Of a DNA stretch of 32,000 bases, positions 26,140 to 32,000 are shown piece by piece. A model generated the notes under the pieces. That model searched no databases, had not been told where the DNA came from, and saw only the letters and a program-made list of their open reading frames with translations. Where the stretch lies: positions 960,001 through 992,000 of the forward strand of contig OZ245049.1 in assembly GCA_965224465.1 (NCBI GenBank). Direction: 5' to 3'. Source of the DNA: Flavobacteriaceae bacterium. GTDB taxonomy: Bacteria; Bacteroidota; Bacteroidia; Flavobacteriales; Flavobacteriaceae. The position numbers and the translations under genes are program-made. Within the stretch, counting starts at the first letter, position 1, and each line of letters begins with the position of its first letter.

Positions 26140-29100
26140 ATGAAAAAAATAATTAGTCATTTTATAAAGTTTCCTGTTGCGGTAAATGTAATTATTCTCG
26201 CATTTATAGTCTTTGGTGTTATAGGGGCAAAATCTATGTTATCTTCTTTTTTCCCACTTACAGAATCTGAACTCATACGCATAAACATAATATATCCAGG
26301 CGCTTCACCATCAGAAATGGAAGAAGGAATTGTATTAAAAATAGAAGACAATCTAAAAGGAACTGTTGGTATTGACAGGGTGACCTCTATTTCTAAAGAA
26401 AATGCTGCAACTATTAGTATAGAAATAGAAACAAATAAGGACATAGACGTTGTATTGGCTGATGTGAAAAATGCAGTAGATCGAGTGCCTTCATTCCCAA
26501 CAGGTATGGAGCCTCCAATAATCGCAAAAGTAGAAAGCATAAGGCCTACCATAACTTTTAGCATTAGCGGAGAAAATCTCTCCTTAAAAACACTTAAAAA
26601 TTACGCACGTCAGATAGAAAATGATTTACGTGCAATGCAAGGTATTTCACAAATTTTGTTGACAGGATTCCCTTTAGAAGAAATCGCTATTTCTATTCGA
26701 GAACATAAATTGCAAGCGTTTAATTTATCATTTAAAGAAGTTGCAAATGCCGTGAGCAACGCAAATATTTTAATTTCTGGAGGCTCTATTAAAACCAAAC
26801 AAGAAGAATATCTAATAAGAGCCAAGAATCGTTCGTACTACGGAAATGAACTTCACAACCTTATCGTAAGAGCCAATCCAAATGGGACAATTATTCGATT
26901 AAAAGACATCGCACGAATTGAGGATACTTGGTCAGAAACACCAGATCGTATATTTTATAACGGAAAAAAAGCCATCAATATTACCGTTAGTAACACCAAC
27001 AATGAAGATTTAATAACTACGGCAGACAAGGTTAAAAAATATATCTTAAAGTTCAATCAACAACATGACAATGTTTCCCTAAATATATCAAGTGACTCCT
27101 CCACTACCCTAGTACAACGTACAGAATTACTCACTGAAAACGCCATAGCAGGTGTAAGTTTAGTCTTATTCTTTTTAGCACTTTTCTTAAATGCTCGTTT
27201 GGCTTTTTGGGTAGCAGCTGGAATTCCAGTAGCATTTTTCGGAATGTTTATGTTCGCAGCACAATTTGGTGTTACCATTAACGTATTGTCCCTTTTTGGG
27301 ATGATTATAGTAATTGGTATCTTGGTAGATGATGGAATTGTTATTGGAGAAAATATTTATCATCATTACGAAAAAGGAAAAACACCTATCCGTGCAGCTA
27401 TTGATGGAACATTAGAGGTTATGCCTCCCATTGTTTCTGCTATTTTAACCACCATTGTGGCTTTTTCAACCTTCTTTTTTTTAGACGGGCGTATTGGTAA
27501 ATTCTTTAGTGAAGTCGCATTGGTTGTCACACTAACGCTACTTGTCTCATTAATCGAAGCTTTGATAATATTACCTGCACATATTGCACATTCAAAGGCA
27601 TTGCAACGCAAAGGAAAAAAAGACAGTAAAATAGATCTGATATTTAAGAAAGTAAACAACGTCTCCGAAACATATTTGTTCAAATTTAGAGACGGAGTAT
27701 ACGTTCCATTTATGAGGTTCTTTTTAAAACATAAATTTCTCGGATTTGCAATTCCTATAGCCTTACTTATATTGAGTTTTGGTGCTTTAAAAGGAGGTAT
27801 TGTAGGCACTTCTTTTTTTCCTAAAATAGCCAGTGATCGGATTTCTATTCGCTTAAAAATGCCGCAAGGTACAAATGAACAAATAACGGATTCCATTATC
27901 AGTCAAATAGAAAAAAACGTATGGCTCATAAATAAGGAATATAGCAAAAACCAATCAGACAGCCTTCAAATAGTAGAAAACATAATCAAACGGATAGGTC
28001 CTGGAAGCGCGAATGCATCACTCACCGTAAATTTATTACCTGGAGAATCACGTAACTTTTCATCCTTTGAAATAAATAATGCAATCAGAGAGAAAACAGG
28101 AACTATTTATGGCGTAGAAACAGTGTCTTTTGGATCCAATTCTAACTTTGGAGGAAAACCCATTGCTATATCACTTTTGGGAAATAATATAGATGCTTTA
28201 AAAGCAGCAAAAAATGAATTAAAAACCTTTCTATTGAACAATTCTGTTCTAAAAGATGTAGCCGATAATGACCCCGAAGGAATCAAGGAAATTCAAATAA
28301 AATTAAAAGAAAAGGGGACTATTCTTGGGTTGGATTTACGAACAATAATGGAACAAATAAGAGCTGGGTTTTTCGGATTTCAAGTCCAACGATTCCAACG
28401 TGGACAAGACGAAATAAAAGTTTGGGTTCGCTATGAAAAAGAAGACAGGTCCTCTATTAAAAATTTAGAGAAAATGTGGATCCGAACCCCTTCAGGTAAA
28501 AATATTCCATTTTCCGAAATAGCAACCTATACGATTCAACGTGGTGATGTAGCCATCAATCACTTGTCTGGAAAGAGAGAAATTCAACTTTATGCAGACA
28601 TGAAATCTTTTGATGGTAGTGCCGTGGATGTATTGGATGATATCAAAGAAAATGTGATGCCAAAAATTACAGCTAAATACCCAAGTGTATCCGCTGTGTA
28701 TGAAGGTCAAAATAGAGAGAAAGACAAAACCATGGAATCTGCAAAAAAAGTGGGACCCATTATTCTTATGCTCATATACATTATCATCGCTTTTACATTT
28801 AGATCCTATAGCCAACCCTTATTATTAATGCTAATGATTCCTTTTAGCTTGATTGGAGTTATCTGGGGTCATTATTTACATCATTTCCAAATAAATATTT
28901 TGTCATGGCTTGGAATAATTGCCTTGGTCGGAATCATGGTAAACGATGGTCTGGTATTTATTGGTAAATTCAACACCTATTTAAAAGAGGGGATAAAATT
29001 TGAAGAAGCACTAATTCAAGCAGGAAGGTCTAGATTTAGAGCTATTTTTCTTACTTCACTTACAACTGTAGCAGGGCTTGCGCCACTTATGTTGGAAACT

Positions 29101-29319
29101 AGCAGACAAGCGCAATTTTTAATTCCTATGGCTATTTCTATAGCTTACGGAATTGCCATCGCAACGGTATTAACGTTGGTTATGCTTCCTTTACTCCTCG
29201 CCTTTTCTAATGATATTAAAGTGTTTTTAAAATGGATGCGTACTGGAGAAAAAGTAACAAAAGAAGAAGTAGAACGCGCTATTATAGAACTTAAATCTGA
29301 ATCTGATGAATTACACTAA
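26140..29319 (+). CDS. RND efflux permease (AcrB/AcrD/AcrF family)
   Basis: 1059 aa. MKKIISHFIKFPV N-terminus, two large periplasmic loops, and two 6-TM bundles with GIIVIGILVDDGIV and GIIALVGIMVNDGLV motifs. Confidence 0.93.
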   Translation: MKKIISHFIKFPVAVNVIILAFIVFGVIGAKSMLSSFFPLTESELIRINIIYPGASPSEMEEGIVLKIEDNLKGTVGIDRVTSISKENAATISIEIETNKDIDVVLADVKNAVDRVPSFPTGMEPPIIAKVESIRPTITFSISGENLSLKTLKNYARQIENDLRAMQGISQILLTGFPLEEIAISIREHKLQAFNLSFKEVANAVSNANILISGGSIKTKQEEYLIRAKNRSYYGNELHNLIVRANPNGTIIRLKDIARIEDTWSETPDRIFYNGKKAINITVSNTNNEDLITTADKVKKYILKFNQQHDNVSLNISSDSSTTLVQRTELLTENAIAGVSLVLFFLALFLNARLAFWVAAGIPVAFFGMFMFAAQFGVTINVLSLFGMIIVIGILVDDGIVIGENIYHHYEKGKTPIRAAIDGTLEVMPPIVSAILTTIVAFSTFFFLDGRIGKFFSEVALVVTLTLLVSLIEALIILPAHIAHSKALQRKGKKDSKIDLIFKKVNNVSETYLFKFRDGVYVPFMRFFLKHKFLGFAIPIALLILSFGALKGGIVGTSFFPKIASDRISIRLKMPQGTNEQITDSIISQIEKNVWLINKEYSKNQSDSLQIVENIIKRIGPGSANASLTVNLLPGESRNFSSFEINNAIREKTGTIYGVETVSFGSNSNFGGKPIAISLLGNNIDALKAAKNELKTFLLNNSVLKDVADNDPEGIKEIQIKLKEKGTILGLDLRTIMEQIRAGFFGFQVQRFQRGQDEIKVWVRYEKEDRSSIKNLEKMWIRTPSGKNIPFSEIATYTIQRGDVAINHLSGKREIQLYADMKSFDGSAVDVLDDIKENVMPKITAKYPSVSAVYEGQNREKDKTMESAKKVGPIILMLIYIIIAFTFRSYSQPLLLMLMIPFSLIGVIWGHYLHHFQINILSWLGIIALVGIMVNDGLVFIGKFNTYLKEGIKFEEALIQAGRSRFRAIFLTSLTTVAGLAPLMLETSRQAQFLIPMAISIAYGIAIATVLTLVMLPLLLAFSNDIKVFLKWMRTGEKVTKEEVERAIIELKSESDELH

Positions 29320-30619
29320 ACGAATCTTTATAATTTGTTGTTATACGGGATTCTTATCTGCCCAAGAAACATTAACAAAAACAGCCGCAGTGGCATTGAC
29401 ACTAGAACATAATTACGGCATATTATTAGCAAATAATACCACAAAAATTGCCGCAAATAATACGTCCATATACAATACGGGGTATTTGCCAACACTTACA
29501 GGAAATGGAAATGCAACCTATACTAGAAATAATAGTGACTTAGAATTACAAAACGGAAAAAACACCACTATAAACAATGCCGACTCAAAAAATTTCGGCA
29601 TCAGTATTGGACTCAACTATGTGCTATTTGATGGTTTTGGACGTTCCTACAATTTTAAAAAATTACAACATACGCATCACCTTTCAAAACTAGAGACGAA
29701 AGCGGTAATAGAGCGCACTATTATCCAGTTATTTAACAAATACTATTTGGTGGCAGAACTAGCGCAAAGTAAGGATCTAATAGAAACTTCTTTGAATATC
29801 TCAAAGACTAGGTTAAAACGCGAAAAATACATGTACGATTATGGCCAGTCTACAAAACTAGACCTCTTAAATGCCGAAGTAGATGTAAATAACGACCGGA
29901 TTAAGCTGTTAAACAGCATTCAATTATTAAATAATTCTAAACGAGAAATCAACTTAATACTAGGTAGAAATGTAGCTACAAAATTTAACGTAGATCCCCA
30001 TGTAACTTTTGATTTAGTTTTTAATTTATCTTCTTTAATAGAAAGTTCAAAACTTCAAAACATAGCTGTTCAACAGTTAGAAAAAAACATAAAAATAGCA
30101 GCTCTAAATATTAAAATAAACACGGCCACATCTGTACCTAGTCTTCATTTTAACAGCAGTTATAAATGGAACAAAACAGCCAATGACCCTACATATACAT
30201 TTGCCAACCAAACGGTAAAAGGGATCAATGCAGGAGTAAACCTCCGTTGGAATATTTTTGATGGTGGACGCACAAAAACACGTGTTGCAAATAGCAAAAT
30301 ACTTGCTGAAAATCTTAAACTCAAAGAATCGTTATTGGCGAATGAAATAGAATTATTTGTTAGAAATGTGTTTACACAATATCAAAATGCTCTTATTATT
30401 ATAGACGCAGAAAAAAAGAACGTAGAAACCAACAATCACAATTTTAATCGCACAAACGAGCAATATAAACTCGGGCAAATCACCTCTATCGTATTTAGGC
30501 AAGCACAAGTAAATCTAATCAATGCACAAACAAACCTAAATAAAGCCACCTATGCCGCTAAAATAGCAGCCTTAAATTTATTGCAATTATCTGGAGCATT
30601 ATTAGAAAGTAGTTTTTAA
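29306..30619 (+). CDS. TolC-family outer membrane efflux protein
   Basis: 437 aa with a signal peptide and the duplicated OEP repeat pattern (...LFDGFGR..., ...IFDGGRTK...). It overlaps the pump gene by 14 nt. Confidence 0.88.
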   Translation: MNYTKRIFIICCYTGFLSAQETLTKTAAVALTLEHNYGILLANNTTKIAANNTSIYNTGYLPTLTGNGNATYTRNNSDLELQNGKNTTINNADSKNFGISIGLNYVLFDGFGRSYNFKKLQHTHHLSKLETKAVIERTIIQLFNKYYLVAELAQSKDLIETSLNISKTRLKREKYMYDYGQSTKLDLLNAEVDVNNDRIKLLNSIQLLNNSKREINLILGRNVATKFNVDPHVTFDLVFNLSSLIESSKLQNIAVQQLEKNIKIAALNIKINTATSVPSLHFNSSYKWNKTANDPTYTFANQTVKGINAGVNLRWNIFDGGRTKTRVANSKILAENLKLKESLLANEIELFVRNVFTQYQNALIIIDAEKKNVETNNHNFNRTNEQYKLGQITSIVFRQAQVNLINAQTNLNKATYAAKIAALNLLQLSGALLESSF

Positions 30620-30745
30620 CAACAAATTCAATTCCAAATAACGGGTAAAAATCAACTATTCTCTGTTTTTTAACAACGCTAGCACGTAAAACAAACTTTT
30701 TATATCGATCATTTTGAATTGTAGGTTGGTATAAGTTGGTATAAG
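30620..30745 (-). repeat. dispersed intergenic element, copy F (short variant, opposite orientation)
   Basis: The reverse complement reads ataccaacctacaattcaaaatgatcgatataaaaagtttgttttacgtgctagcgttgttaaaaaacagagaatag...cccgttatttggaattgaatttgttg. It starts 1 nt after the tolC-family stop. Confidence 0.8.
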
Positions 30746-30951
30746 AATATCCATCTACTATCCCCCTAGATACAGAAAAGAACAACCTATATATAAACAT
30801 TCTTTTGATAAATCCATTTCAAAACAATGATTACATCCATATTTTCCTTGATCAGTTTCTAAAATTAGGTCAATTTCAAAAAGTGAGGATTTTTTTAAAA
30901 CAATCCAATCAAAATAGCCTTATCTTTGCATATCTGTAAAAAAATCAGACT

Positions 30952-32000
30952 ATGTCATTTAAAAAACTACAGCTTATAAAGCCTATTTATAGAGCGATTG
31001 CTGAAAAAAATTATACAAGCCCTACACCTATTCAAGAAGCAACAATTCCTGTTGTAATTGAAGGTAGAGATTTAATAGCCTCTGCGCAAACAGGAACGGG
31101 AAAAACTGCAGCCTTTGCGTTGCCAATATTACAACGTTTATTTCATAAGCAAGAAACTCCCAAGAAAGGAAAGAAAATTAGAGCTCTAATTGTCAGTCCA
31201 ACACGAGAACTTGCCGTACAAATAGAAGAGAACTTTAGAAGTTACAGTACTTATACAACCTTAACAAGTACCGTTATTTTTGGAGGAACATCCATAGATC
31301 CACAAAAGGAAATATTAAGAAAAGGAATTGATATTCTGATTGCCACTCCCGGTCGTTTGTTAGATTTACACAAGCAAGATTTAGTAAACTTAGACTTTAT
31401 AGAAACATTGGTTCTAGACGAAGCGGACTTAATGTTAGATATGGGATTTATAGATGATGTTCTAAAAATTGATCGTTTGTGTCCAAAAAACAAACAGCTA
31501 TTATTATTTTCTGCAACTATGCCTGCCAAAGTAATAGAATTAGCCAATTCCATTTTAAAAGATCCCGTTCGCATTCAAATTTCAAACACATCATCCGCAG
31601 CTAAGAACATAAATCAAGCACTTTTTTATGTCCCTAAACAATCTAAGATAGAATTGTGTCTGCATCTTTTAAAAAATCAATATACAGGAAGTATCCTTAT
31701 ATTTAGACGTACAAAACACGGTGTTGATAAATTAGAAAATACCTTACTTAAAAACGGTTTTAATGTTGTGAGTCTTCATGGTGATAAAACACAGAGTGAA
31801 CGCCAAAATGCATTGAATCAATTTAAAAACAACGAGGTATCTATCTTAATTGCTACGGATGTTGCAGCAAGAGGGATTGATATTAAAAATTTGGATACTG
31901 TTATTAATTTCGACATTCCAAATATTCCTGAAACCTATGTCCATAGAATTGGTCGTACAGGAAGGGCAGGAGAAAATGGGAGTTCGATCTCTTTTTGCGC
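30952..32000 (+). CDS. DEAD-box ATP-dependent RNA helicase (RhlE-like), 3' end runs off the window
   Basis: My translation gives MSFKKLQL...PTPIQ (Q motif), AQTGTGKT, PTRELA, DEAD (VLDEADLML), SAT, ARGIDI and HRIGRTGRAG. Confidence 0.9.
   Translation, partial: MSFKKLQLIKPIYRAIAEKNYTSPTPIQEATIPVVIEGRDLIASAQTGTGKTAAFALPILQRLFHKQETPKKGKKIRALIVSPTRELAVQIEENFRSYSTYTTLTSTVIFGGTSIDPQKEILRKGIDILIATPGRLLDLHKQDLVNLDFIETLVLDEADLMLDMGFIDDVLKIDRLCPKNKQLLLFSATMPAKVIELANSILKDPVRIQISNTSSAAKNINQALFYVPKQSKIELCLHLLKNQYTGSILIFRRTKHGVDKLENTLLKNGFNVVSLHGDKTQSERQNALNQFKNNEVSILIATDVAARGIDIKNLDTVINFDIPNIPETYVHRIGRTGRAGENGSSISFC

Noticed and set aside
30558-30800. 80-aa minus-strand track ORF
   Set aside because: It spans element copy F and the 3' end of the tolC-family gene. 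The sequence is non-coding repeat.
3096-31574. Antisense or shadow ORFs nested in long genes (3096..3287, 3272..3460, 3740..4051, 6643..6834, 7449..7691, 10741..10983, 12075..12257, 13266..13853, 24639..24833, 25171..25386, 25701..25907, 26157..26564, 26610..26825, 27057..27278, 27366..27896, 28492..28815, 31251..31574)
   Set aside because: Each lies wholly or mostly inside a longer ORF on the opposite strand that has clear family motifs, except 3272..3460, which bridges the 73-nt gap between two such genes. These are typical shadow ORFs.

Overview
This is an AT-rich chromosomal segment. Gene content and order (recQ-fmt-HU-yqgE, bshB1, rsmD, SurA-like PPIases), TAnnTTTG-type -7 promoter boxes and the absence of Shine-Dalgarno sequences point to Bacteroidota, class Flavobacteriia. 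Most of the window is densely packed housekeeping genes (1-16.5 kb) plus a marR-RND efflux operon (24.4-30.6 kb).

The unusual part is a gene-poor islet of about 5.5 kb between a tRNA-Met(CAT) gene (17016-17089, +) and a tRNA-His(GTG) gene (22643-22717, -). It contains:
- a nearly homogeneous tandem array of a 352-bp non-coding unit, about 4.8 copies (17212-18939);
- an orphan PD-(D/E)xK nuclease-fold gene directly next to the array;
- two very small protein genes, one of them missing from the ORF track;
- a YkoF/MTH1187-like gene bracketed by inverted GC-rich hairpin repeats.

Each array unit carries three copies of a 21-nt motif, AACAG-N3-(5-bp stem, 3-nt loop hairpin), in both orientations. 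The stem sequences differ between copies but always stay self-complementary.

Separately, a dispersed intergenic element of about 125-165 nt occurs six times in the window. It has imperfect terminal inverted repeats and an internal hairpin with compensatory substitutions, and that hairpin is also preceded by AACAG-AAC.

I could not assign the array or the dispersed element to any family I know. No CRISPR array, integrase, transposase or reverse transcriptase is visible. All functional calls rest on motif recognition by eye; no searches were run.
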